32,000 bases of DNA from the NCBI RefSeq assembly GCF_000092465.1, contig NC_014205.1, forward strand, positions 1,200,001 to 1,232,000, written 5' to 3'. A model generated the notes under the pieces. The model saw nothing but the letters and a program-made list of their open reading frames with translations. It was not told the origin of the DNA and did not search any database. The DNA comes from Staphylothermus hellenicus DSM 12710 (GTDB lineage Archaea > Thermoproteota > Thermoprotei_A > Sulfolobales > Desulfurococcaceae). Below are positions 9,752-18,043 of the stretch, piece by piece; within the stretch, counting starts at the first letter, position 1, and every line of letters begins with the position of its first letter. A program made the translations under genes and the position numbers.

Positions 9752-10612
9752 ATGTTTAAATTAAATAATATAAGTATTTTAGCTATTATCACAATAGCTG
9801 TATTGCTAGGTTTTATATTTTATAACACATTTATTGAAACAAGTATTTCCAGCTCGAGTTATAGCCTAGATAACGCGTATCAGGAATCAATATCTTACTT
9901 GAACAAGACAAGTTTACATATTCAATATAAGAATCCCAGCTATGATGTAGATCCTGCTGACCTATTGAAGCTCCATAAATATATTGAGGAAGAAAAAGTA
10001 AGAATACTGAATACTCCCGGAATATCATATAAAGAATTAACAACCGTTGATACATATGGAAATATAACGATCGTTTCTAGAAAACTATTCAATATAACAA
10101 TGGATCTACCTATTATATGGGCCGGCATGGAGAAAAGCATTGATGAACTCAGCAATTTGAACATAAGGAAATCACTAAATATATACTATGAGATGAAATC
10201 ACGATTATATAATATCGTGAATGAACTCAATGAATCACTGAAAATCTTAATATATGTGAGAGAAAAAGGGATATTGCTCGATGATCACAATACTACGGTG
10301 AATTACTCGATCATGGTTATCAACGACACACTCAACACCATCCTAGAATATATAAAATTAATGGAGATCCTATCATCTAATATAGAAAACATGGAAAACA
10401 ATAATACAAATCAAACCTTATTAAAACTCGCAGAGTCTATCGCGAAACAAGTTGATATGGAGAAATTAAAGCCATTCGCAAAACAAATATCAATGTTCTT
10501 AACGAAGCTTTCAATGGGAGAAATCGTTAAGAAACAGAAAACCAATATGACAAACACCGAGAACCCAGGAGGAATAAGTGGAGGATACTCTGGGAGCATG
10601 GAAGATGATTAA
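9752..10612 (+). CDS. Membrane-anchored coiled-coil protein (hypothetical), first gene of the VWA transcription unit
   Basis: 286 aa. N-terminal TM (ISILAIITIAVLLGFIFY), long helical/charged body, G/S-rich tail (NPGGISGGYSGS). Its stop overlaps the probable start of the next gene. Confidence 0.6.
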   Translation: MFKLNNISILAIITIAVLLGFIFYNTFIETSISSSSYSLDNAYQESISYLNKTSLHIQYKNPSYDVDPADLLKLHKYIEEEKVRILNTPGISYKELTTVDTYGNITIVSRKLFNITMDLPIIWAGMEKSIDELSNLNIRKSLNIYYEMKSRLYNIVNELNESLKILIYVREKGILLDDHNTTVNYSIMVINDTLNTILEYIKLMEILSSNIENMENNNTNQTLLKLAESIAKQVDMEKLKPFAKQISMFLTKLSMGEIVKKQKTNMTNTENPGGISGGYSGSMEDD

Positions 10613-11546
10613 ATTACTACATCCAGAAATGATCAATATTATATTAATTATTGTGCCAATACTGATGCTCTTATACATATACGTTTATTCTAGGAGAAGA
10701 AATCTTCTAAAATTACTAGATCAAAGAGACAACGTATTATGGCATATTATTCAGGCCTCCAAAATAGCGTCGATAACATTATTACTTCTAGCATCAACGC
10801 TTCCAGTCAGTGTTCAAACAATACAGTTTACAGTACATGGAAACCCTGAGGAAACGGAGATTAGGAGAGTAATGTATAATATAACAGCATTACATGTGCT
10901 ATTAATCGATGAATCTAAAAGTATGCAGTATACGGATGGAACCAATATCACTAGATTTGTTAGAGCTTTAAACTTTACATATAAGTACATGAATTATTTA
11001 TCACCCAAAGATAAACTATTGATCATCGGATTCTCGGAATATCCCAGAAAAATATGTTTAGGAAACACAACATTTTGCCGCCCCAAACTATTGGAGCTTG
11101 AACCCAACAAAAAATATACTGATCTGAGCGCGGCACTAGCTTATGCATACTCATATGTTACAGCATCACAGTATCCAGCTATAATCGTTATAGTCAGTGA
11201 TGGAGCATATAATGAGGGTGGAGACCCATATGATGAAATAGTTTCAATAAATAAGTCTGGATACCCAGTATTATTTGTTAGAGTAGGATTAGATAAACGA
11301 GCTGACCAATTAATTGAAGAGCTTACGGCTTCTAACATATATGTTATAAACATTAATCAGTTCACCGAGAAACTACTGAATAAGCTGACAGAAGATGCTG
11401 CTAGACAGATGAGATTGGAAGCATTTGTATCCAAGAAACTATTAGAGGTAAAGGTTTCAAAAGAAGTAATTTATCCATATCCAACAGTTTACCTATTAGT
11501 TGCAAGCCTAGTTTTATTTCTAGCATCACGTATTGAGGGATACTAA
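10578..11546 (+). CDS. von Willebrand factor A (VWA) domain membrane protein, BatA-like
   Basis: MIDAS motif LLIDESKSM (D-x-S-x-S). N-terminal TM pair followed by RRR, and a C-terminal TM (VYLLVASLVLFLA). The likely true start is the ATG at 10605 (MIKLLHPEMINIILIIVP...), which overlaps the upstream stop as ATGATTAA. Confidence 0.8.
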   Translation: MEDTLGAWKMIKLLHPEMINIILIIVPILMLLYIYVYSRRRNLLKLLDQRDNVLWHIIQASKIASITLLLLASTLPVSVQTIQFTVHGNPEETEIRRVMYNITALHVLLIDESKSMQYTDGTNITRFVRALNFTYKYMNYLSPKDKLLIIGFSEYPRKICLGNTTFCRPKLLELEPNKKYTDLSAALAYAYSYVTASQYPAIIVIVSDGAYNEGGDPYDEIVSINKSGYPVLFVRVGLDKRADQLIEELTASNIYVININQFTEKLLNKLTEDAARQMRLEAFVSKKLLEVKVSKEVIYPYPTVYLLVASLVLFLASRIEGY

Positions 11547-12548
11547 TTGGTAATGCTTGAATACCCCATAATAATCTATATTGTACCGTTAATTTTGCTG
11601 TCAATGTACGTGTTATTAAGATGGGGGAGAAGAAGAGTTCTAGGCAGAATATATTCTTTTAATCATCCGTTAACACGGTATGTTTCATCCTATATTAGAA
11701 AACAACATGATATTAAATGGTATTTAAATATAGCATTAGCTATTGCATCGATTGTATTAATAATGTTTTCACTAGCATTGCCATATACTATAATACCTAG
11801 ATATGTGAAGACTACACAAACACTTGAAGCTAAGATCAGCTTGCAGAGAAAACCTCCCGTAGTAATAGTTTTAGATACGTCTGGCAGCATGAAAGGAGAT
11901 AAAATTATCACAGCTATTAATGCTGTAAAGAAATTCATTGATCAAACAATAGATTATGTATTAATTGGCCTAATAACATTTAATGATCATGTTAGAATAG
12001 CTATACCTCCAACAAGTGATCAGGAGCTTCTATATAAGAAGCTTGGAGAAATAAAAGCTTTCGGCGGAACAATATATAGTAAGCCACTAGAAATAGCATA
12101 TGATTGGTTAGTCCCCTTTGCTGAATTCAACTTATCTCCAACAATAATATTTGTAACTGATGGCTTACCTTATAGTCAAGATGCTCCTTTGTATAGAGAA
12201 GTAGTATATAAATGTGCAAGATATAATATAACAATATATCCTATCTTCATCGAAACGCCGGGAATGAGTATCTATGAAACCATGATGGCTCAGCAGAGAC
12301 TACGAGAAATAGCAAATATTACGAAGGGACAATTCTATAATGTAAAACAAACAAATAGCTTGATTAATTTATTTGAAAAACTCGCTGAGAAAACAGTTTC
12401 AAAGGCTGGAAACTATATTTTGACAAGCAATATAAATTATAAAATCGATGTTAAGAACTACGTTGTCGAACCATATATTTTAGCAGCTTTCTTAGTTTTC
12501 TTCGCAAATATGATCCTGAGATCACTGCTTTATAAGTCAACTCTCTAA
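11547..12548 (+). CDS. VWA domain membrane protein, BatA/BatB-like
   Basis: MIDAS VVIVLDTSGSMKGDKI. N-terminal TM followed by RRR, C-terminal TM (YILAAFLVFFANMIL). Starts immediately after the previous stop. Confidence 0.8.
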   Translation: MVMLEYPIIIYIVPLILLSMYVLLRWGRRRVLGRIYSFNHPLTRYVSSYIRKQHDIKWYLNIALAIASIVLIMFSLALPYTIIPRYVKTTQTLEAKISLQRKPPVVIVLDTSGSMKGDKIITAINAVKKFIDQTIDYVLIGLITFNDHVRIAIPPTSDQELLYKKLGEIKAFGGTIYSKPLEIAYDWLVPFAEFNLSPTIIFVTDGLPYSQDAPLYREVVYKCARYNITIYPIFIETPGMSIYETMMAQQRLREIANITKGQFYNVKQTNSLINLFEKLAEKTVSKAGNYILTSNINYKIDVKNYVVEPYILAAFLVFFANMILRSLLYKSTL

Positions 12549-13314
12549 ATAATTTAAGCACGAATTTGTAATCATATGCTTCAATAAAAGTTATCGATAA
12601 TACCCATACAATAAGAATACTCGATAATCTAATGTTTTGACTAGTTAATACGTATTCCTGAAAAACACTTAGAGAACCAGTATTTTCATATATTTTCTCA
12701 GCTAGATACAAAATCATTGTTCTATAATATGGATTATCCTGTGACCTCTTTACAACATTTATAAATATATCAGGCCGAGGAGGGGAACTGGGATAATATG
12801 TTAGTGGAGGCACATATTTTGTTAAATCAACTATTATATCCTGCCTAACACTGAGAACAACTATTATAATAAGATACTTTGAACAAATATTTTCTAAAAC
12901 AACATATTTATCCTCTAAACCCATCCCTACAAGAATAGGATTAACTTTTCCCTCATATAAAGAGACATAATCCATATATGTTAGAATAGGAGAGGGGGGT
13001 TCTATAGGGGTATAGTTGCTGAGGAAATACTTGATCCTTATATTAACTATAGGTAGTGAGGCATAGGTTAAATTTTTAACATGGTAATCAATTACTATGT
13101 CTTTTCTAGTATTGCCTCCACAGTGTAATGGATAAATACTATATGCATATATACGTATTGGAGAATAATCATTTGAATAAACGATATTGTATCCCTTGTC
13201 TATAGCTGTTAGTTCTGAAGAATAAAGAGGTACTCCATGAGATCCGAAAATGTAAAGTGATGTCCAAATTAATGCAATAATAAAAAATATTATTGATAAA
13301 TGCTTTAAATCCAT
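12451..13314 (-). CDS. Hypothetical protein with N-terminal and C-proximal TM segments
   Basis: 287-aa ORF. N-terminal TM IIFFIIALIWTSLYIF, later TM LSSILIVWVLSITFI, basic tail. Its start overlaps the upstream membrane gene by 10 nt. Its 3' end overlaps the convergent VWA gene by 98 nt. Confidence 0.55.
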   Translation of the reverse strand: MDLKHLSIIFFIIALIWTSLYIFGSHGVPLYSSELTAIDKGYNIVYSNDYSPIRIYAYSIYPLHCGGNTRKDIVIDYHVKNLTYASLPIVNIRIKYFLSNYTPIEPPSPILTYMDYVSLYEGKVNPILVGMGLEDKYVVLENICSKYLIIIVVLSVRQDIIVDLTKYVPPLTYYPSSPPRPDIFINVVKRSQDNPYYRTMILYLAEKIYENTGSLSVFQEYVLTSQNIRLSSILIVWVLSITFIEAYDYKFVLKLFRELTYKAVISGSYLRRKLRKLLKYMVRQRSS

Positions 13315-13904
13315 TTATTCCACCCATAATAGACTATAAGCAATAGAGTCAGAGAGGATACGAGTAAAAGCGCTGGATAGACCAGATCATAACTAAATAA
13401 ATGACTTAACCTATAGAGCATAGATAATATAATTGAGATCTCAGTAAACAGTATCAATAATAAGGAGACTAGCTTATCCTTTATAAACGCCAAGTTAATC
13501 AACAAAATAAAAGATGATAAAGTGTTCATTAAAACAAAAATTAATAGGAAATATCCTATGAAAATATATTCTGAAAAATACTGTCCATGAATAATTATCC
13601 AGGGAATAAACATAACTAATGAAAAAATCAATAAATTATCAGTAATTATAGAAACAGCCTTTGCAAACATTTTCATTTTGCCAGAATTATCAGTGCTAAT
13701 ATAGAAGAGTTTATCAAATCCCTCAAACCACTCGATCATCCTAGATAACTCTACATACAATACCATAATGAATATTATATGTAGAAAAATAATCTCTCCA
13801 AAGAACAATTGTAGAACAATATATGTGAATGGAGTAAAAGCTAGTAAACCCCCCATAATAGCCGATAATATATATAGAATTGACTGGGCGGTATTAACCC
13901 TCAT
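13305..13904 (-). CDS. Polytopic membrane protein (possible ABC-2-type permease partner)
   Basis: 199 aa with about 5-6 hydrophobic spans. Starts 6 nt downstream of the ABC-like gene. The permease role is inferred from position only. Confidence 0.6.
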   Translation of the reverse strand: MRVNTAQSILYILSAIMGGLLAFTPFTYIVLQLFFGEIIFLHIIFIMVLYVELSRMIEWFEGFDKLFYISTDNSGKMKMFAKAVSIITDNLLIFSLVMFIPWIIIHGQYFSEYIFIGYFLLIFVLMNTLSSFILLINLAFIKDKLVSLLLILFTEISIILSMLYRLSHLFSYDLVYPALLLVSSLTLLLIVYYGWNKWI

Positions 13905-13910
13905 ATATGA

Positions 13911-14771
13911 TCATTCCTCAACTAAGCTCTGCTTAACAATTCTCATTCTCCTAATTATTCTTTTTCGCTGTAGATCAACTAGGTGAGATAAACATGTTCT
14001 ATACAATGACTTCTCTATAAAAACATAAAACATCTTTTCATTAAGAATAATTATACCCTTTAAACACTTTAATGATAATAGCTTAGATAAGCTATCCCTT
14101 TCAACGATTATTTCAATTGGAGTAGTTTCTTTCAAAAAATCTTTAAATGTAACCGGTCTAGTGCTGGTCTCAAATATTTTGTTGTTTCTTCTTATAATTA
14201 CTAAGTGCTCATAGTTTATATAATCAATAAGGTTTTTATTGGAAGAAATAATCACTATTGTTTTTCCCTTACTTCTCTTCTCATAGATTTCCATGGAAAG
14301 TCTTGACCAAAGAATATCATCTAGCTCTTTATATGGTTCTATAAGTACTGCTAGATTCCCTGATTTTCTCAGAACATAAATTGAACTAATTAAGTATAGT
14401 AGAGGCTTAGGAATATTCTTTATAATCAAAGGATAGTTATCTATTTTATACCCGTATTGTCTAAGCAAGTTAAGTATTTCAGAATATAATGTATAATCTT
14501 TTTCATCAATTGTTAAGATCTCGTCTAGAACCAGTGATTTTCCTTGTGCTAGTTCAGGAATAAATAATCCTTTTACTCCTTGAATCTTTATTCTTGAAAC
14601 AATGTTTCCACTAGAAGGCTTCTTATTTCCTAAAATATAGTTTGCTAGAAGAGTTTTATTGAAAAGTGCAGGAGTAATAATGAGGGTGATGCTTGGAGTA
14701 GGTATGTGGAAGAATAACTTATATGATTTACCTAGAAGATCCTGGATTAAAACATTATCAAATATTATCAT
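13911..14771 (-). CDS. ABC-ATPase-fold protein with degenerate catalytic motifs
   Basis: Collinear with ABC ATPases. Walker A region ITLIITPALFNKTLLANYILGNKKPSSGNI (expected GxxGxGKT; glycines lost). Signature region IPKP (expected LSGGQ). Walker B LAVLIEPYKELD (expected hhhhDEPxxGLD; D replaced by I). H-loop GKTIVIISSNKNL (expected SSH). C-terminal extension of about 80 aa. Confidence 0.6.
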   Translation of the reverse strand: MIIFDNVLIQDLLGKSYKLFFHIPTPSITLIITPALFNKTLLANYILGNKKPSSGNIVSRIKIQGVKGLFIPELAQGKSLVLDEILTIDEKDYTLYSEILNLLRQYGYKIDNYPLIIKNIPKPLLYLISSIYVLRKSGNLAVLIEPYKELDDILWSRLSMEIYEKRSKGKTIVIISSNKNLIDYINYEHLVIIRRNNKIFETSTRPVTFKDFLKETTPIEIIVERDSLSKLLSLKCLKGIIILNEKMFYVFIEKSLYRTCLSHLVDLQRKRIIRRMRIVKQSLVEE

Positions 14772-14793
14772 TTATTACACCATTGAATAATTA

Positions 14794-15837
14794 CTATGTA
14801 ACAGCTTCAACCGCATGTTTTAATCCTTCTCTTATTACTCTCATCCTAGCTTCGAAGTCTCCACCATACTCTATTACAAGGTCAATGTTAGGTATAACTC
14901 TGTGGTTGAGAACTGGGAATAATGCTTTTTCTAGATCAACATATTCTACTTTATCACTGCCTCTAATAGCTGCTAGTGCTTTAGATGCTTTTACGAGCAT
15001 TATACCTGCCCTAGGGCTTGCTCCTAATTCGAAGTATTTCCTAGTACTTTTTAGTGTCTCGGGCCTGGTTGCTCTAACTATTCGTGCAATATAGTCTAGC
15101 ATGGGGTCGGGAACCAATATTTTCTTACTTATTGTTTTTTGTGCTTCAACTATCCATTCGGGTGTAACTATTTTTTCTAGATCCTCTATTGGCTCGACGA
15201 TTCTATATGCATGTAATTTATAAATGTTCTTTTCATCCTCCAAGCTCTTAGGATAACCCATAATTATCCTCATCATGAATCGGTCAAGCTGAGCCTCTGG
15301 TAACGGATATGTTCCTTCCTGCTCGATCGGGTTCTCCGTAGCTATTACAAAGAAGAACTTGCCTTTATCCTTATATTCAAGCTTATATGTTTTATCACCT
15401 ATAGTTACTTCTCTCTCCTGCATTGCTTGAAGCATTGCTGATTGTGTTCTAGGTGTTGCACGGTTTATCTCATCAGCAAGTACAATATATGAAAATATAG
15501 GGCCAAGTCTAGGCTCAAACTCTCTGGTTACAGGGTTAAATATTAGTGAACCCGTTATATCGCTAGGCATAAGATCAGGTGTGAATTGTATACGTGAAAA
15601 CCCTGTAAACGGAGTATTCTCTATGAAGTATTTTCTTCTCTCCTCGAGACCTAATACTCTAACTAGTGCTCGTGCAATAGTTGTTTTAGCAATGCCTGGA
15701 ACACCTTCCAACAACACGTGTCCATCGGATAGGAGTGATGCTAGAAGAAGTTTCAATTCATAATCATAACCAATTATTGCTTTACCGATCTCCTTTAATA
15801 CCATATTTATTTTTTCACTTATCTCATCTACATCCAT
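14794..15837 (-). CDS. moxR: MoxR-family AAA+ ATPase
   Basis: 347 aa. Walker A LLEGVPGIAKTTIARAL, Walker B VLADEINRATPRTQSAMLQAMQE, FFVIATENPIEQEGTYPLPEAQLDRF. This is the canonical MoxR/RavA-type block order. Confidence 0.9.
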   Translation of the reverse strand: MDVDEISEKINMVLKEIGKAIIGYDYELKLLLASLLSDGHVLLEGVPGIAKTTIARALVRVLGLEERRKYFIENTPFTGFSRIQFTPDLMPSDITGSLIFNPVTREFEPRLGPIFSYIVLADEINRATPRTQSAMLQAMQEREVTIGDKTYKLEYKDKGKFFFVIATENPIEQEGTYPLPEAQLDRFMMRIIMGYPKSLEDEKNIYKLHAYRIVEPIEDLEKIVTPEWIVEAQKTISKKILVPDPMLDYIARIVRATRPETLKSTRKYFELGASPRAGIMLVKASKALAAIRGSDKVEYVDLEKALFPVLNHRVIPNIDLVIEYGGDFEARMRVIREGLKHAVEAVT

Positions 15838-15849
15838 TGTTTTAGCCTC

Positions 15850-16701
15850 TTATTTTGTTATGATTATATCGCCAATTTTCAATATATTGTCCCATCCAAT
15901 ATCCTGGTATTTCTCAACAAGTACTTCTTCAAATTCTAGATTAGAATTAAGCAGTTCAAATACTTGACTTGGAGCCTTATATGTTTCTAGTAAATGGTAT
16001 ATGTAGCCGTACAGGTGTAGATCAAGTCTTTCGTGTTCTCCAATATTGTTTCTCAATAAATTTCCTAACTCACTAAATCCTCTTGTTTCAAGAATGGATA
16101 AGAAATTGTTCCACAATATTGCTCCACTCCTATAATTACCGGATTCAATTCTCAACCCTACTTTTCCAGGTGAAAAAACTACTTCACTAACATATCCTAT
16201 TATCCCGTTGCTAGTGCTAACCACTAATTTACCTATTGTTTTATCTATTAATTCAATATAGGGATTACTTATTGGGAGAGGAAGACCCCTATACTTTGCT
16301 TCTCGAGGAGATTTAAGGAGAATAACCGCTATTCTCGAATCGCCTCTGGAAACCCTTCTATAAACTACATCAATCAATAATACATCATCTAGATCGATAA
16401 AAGCCTTTGTAAATTCTACTTTTGAAACAACCTTCTTCATAGGAATTTCTAAGCCCTCATTCCTAGCTGTTAATACTAGTTCCTCCAGCGTGAGATCGTC
16501 TGGGATCTCTAGGCCTCTTTCTTCCAATAATTCGCGAAGCCTATTAGTATCTGGAACCATATCGCCAACGTTGAATTTTAGACATGCTTTTAACATGGGT
16601 TTCTCGTTTATTGAGAAACCACATAAGTCTCCAAAAAATAGACCTGTACTATCATATATTTTAGCATCAATAACTTCTCTATAAGAGTAGTATTTCTGCA
16701 A
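15850..16701 (-). CDS. Hypothetical protein, possibly two PRC-barrel-like domains; first gene of the MoxR unit
   Basis: 283-aa ORF 12 nt upstream of moxR. Segments REVIDAKIYDSTGLFFGDLCGFSINE and LIDKTIGKLVVSTSNGIIGYVSEVVFSPGKVGLRI look like PRC-barrel openings. This is a weak call by eye. Confidence 0.6.
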   Translation of the reverse strand: MQKYYSYREVIDAKIYDSTGLFFGDLCGFSINEKPMLKACLKFNVGDMVPDTNRLRELLEERGLEIPDDLTLEELVLTARNEGLEIPMKKVVSKVEFTKAFIDLDDVLLIDVVYRRVSRGDSRIAVILLKSPREAKYRGLPLPISNPYIELIDKTIGKLVVSTSNGIIGYVSEVVFSPGKVGLRIESGNYRSGAILWNNFLSILETRGFSELGNLLRNNIGEHERLDLHLYGYIYHLLETYKAPSQVFELLNSNLEFEEVLVEKYQDIGWDNILKIGDIIITK

Positions 16702-16796
16702 AACTCTTCACCACGATAAAATACTACATATATAGTGGGTAAATAGTATATCTGAAATAAATGGTTATAATGTAGAATTTTGGCGGCTGAGAAGGG

Positions 16797-17684
16797 ATGC
16801 CTACAAGGATATGTAGAAGAGCGGGGTTAGCATCAAAACTGTCTAGAGCTCATTTTAGTAATTTAATGTATGGCATAGTCCCCTCTAAGATTAAGGGTCC
16901 AGGCTTCGAATATGTTGATTTAAGAGAGTATTCTCCGGGAGACGATATTAGGTTCATAGATTGGAGAGCATCAGCTAGAATGATCAAGCCTGATGGAGAT
17001 TATAGATTAATGGTTAAAGAGCATTTATTGGAGAGACTAGTAAATAACATTGTTGTATTAGACTATTCTAAATCAATGCTATATGGCGACAAGATAGAAT
17101 CAGCCATATATGTGCTTACAGGGTTTCTAAGCATAGCTCATAGTCTGGGAGATATAATCGATTTAATAATTCTGCATGGAGAAAAACCCTTAATAAAACA
17201 TGGGCTAAATCCTTTGGAAGCTATTAATTTTTCATTAAATACTATATGCAAAGTAGATCCTAGTGGAAACCTTGATCTAATTAAACTCTCCAACTACGTT
17301 AAAAACCTAAAAAATAGAGAAACATTGCTATTAATTACAGACTATGCACACTACCCAATAGAATTCGAAGTATTAGCAACAACAACTCACGCCATGAATA
17401 CTGGTCTAGGAATTGTACTTGTATCTACAAAGCTCGAGTTAAATCCTCCAAGCCTAGATGGATACCATGCATTCTATGATCTGGAAAGCGCAGATTCAGA
17501 ATTAAAGACAATGATGAGCGAATACTATAGAGCTGTTAAAACCCACATAATAAAAACTAAGACAGCCCTAGCTAAGACTAGAACACCATATATTGAGATC
17601 AAGGAGTTAAGAGATGCAATGTATAAGAAGCTTAGATTATTAAAGCTATACTCTATAACCCGTATCAGATATAAAAGATACTAA
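16797..17684 (+). CDS. DUF58 domain protein (MoxR-associated, VWA-like fold)
   Basis: Signature VDLREYSPGDDIRFIDWRASAR followed by VVLDYSKSM. Divergently transcribed from the MoxR unit. Confidence 0.85.
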   Translation: MPTRICRRAGLASKLSRAHFSNLMYGIVPSKIKGPGFEYVDLREYSPGDDIRFIDWRASARMIKPDGDYRLMVKEHLLERLVNNIVVLDYSKSMLYGDKIESAIYVLTGFLSIAHSLGDIIDLIILHGEKPLIKHGLNPLEAINFSLNTICKVDPSGNLDLIKLSNYVKNLKNRETLLLITDYAHYPIEFEVLATTTHAMNTGLGIVLVSTKLELNPPSLDGYHAFYDLESADSELKTMMSEYYRAVKTHIIKTKTALAKTRTPYIEIKELRDAMYKKLRLLKLYSITRIRYKRY

Positions 17685-17818
17685 TCTTCTTTCTCGCCAA
17701 GATATGATCCTTTATATGAAAACATGGTTTCACCGCTCATCTTGAACAGTACAAGTTGAGCTATTTGAGCATTCTTTTCGAGAACTATCCCATGTTTATT
17801 AAATACAGCTAGTAATCC

Positions 17819-18041
17819 TATCCGTTTGTCCCTACCGTATCATCCTATGTGTTTGTGGTAGGGACTTCCGCCTCTCCCATAGTCTTTTCTTGAAGGCTAT
17901 GGTGTCATGGGCGGCTGTCGAGGCCAACGGCACAGGCCTCCCATCTACAGCAAGCCCCATGGGTCTCGGAGCATAGCTCCCATCAACCCACAGGGACACA
18001 AACCAATACAAGGAGATATAACCTGAAATATTTAAAGCTTA
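17819..18041 (-). ncRNA. Unclassified GC-rich structured RNA-like element, copy A (inserted in dut)
   Basis: Structured core 17824-18003, closed by gtttgt/acaaac. Hairpins gtccctacc/ggtagggac, ccgcc/ggcgg plus ccatag/ctatgg, gaggcc/ggcctc and ggagc/gctcc. Paralog at 23777-24015 shows compensatory changes. The strand call is tentative: a kink-turn-like loop and a TATA-like box favour minus, while some G:U pairs favour plus. Confidence 0.5.
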
Positions 18042-18043
18042 CT
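18029..18043 (-). promoter_or_regulatory. BRE/TATA-like box inside element copy A (minus sense: agtaag-ctttaaata)
   Basis: Conserved with copy B. The TATA-like TTTAAATA ends about 24-26 nt upstream of the GG preceding the terminal helix (minus sense). Confidence 0.3.

Noticed and set aside
17860-17875. The minus-sense GGCGGAAGUCCC resembling the RNase P RNA CR-I motif (GGAAAGUCC)
   Set aside because: It is one A short. The other RNase P-like fragments (ACAG, GGCUU) occur in the wrong order. The element is only about 180 nt and is present twice, with one copy inside a gene.
17819-18041. The dut insert as an archaeal bulge-helix-bulge (BHB) intron removed by the tRNA splicing endonuclease
   Set aside because: I could not build a helix-bulge-helix-bulge-helix motif across the two junctions. 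The 5' junction lies about 40 nt outside the terminal helix, while the 3' junction is only 5 nt from it. The only junction-spanning complementarity is a 7-bp A/U run. This is not formally excluded without RNA data.
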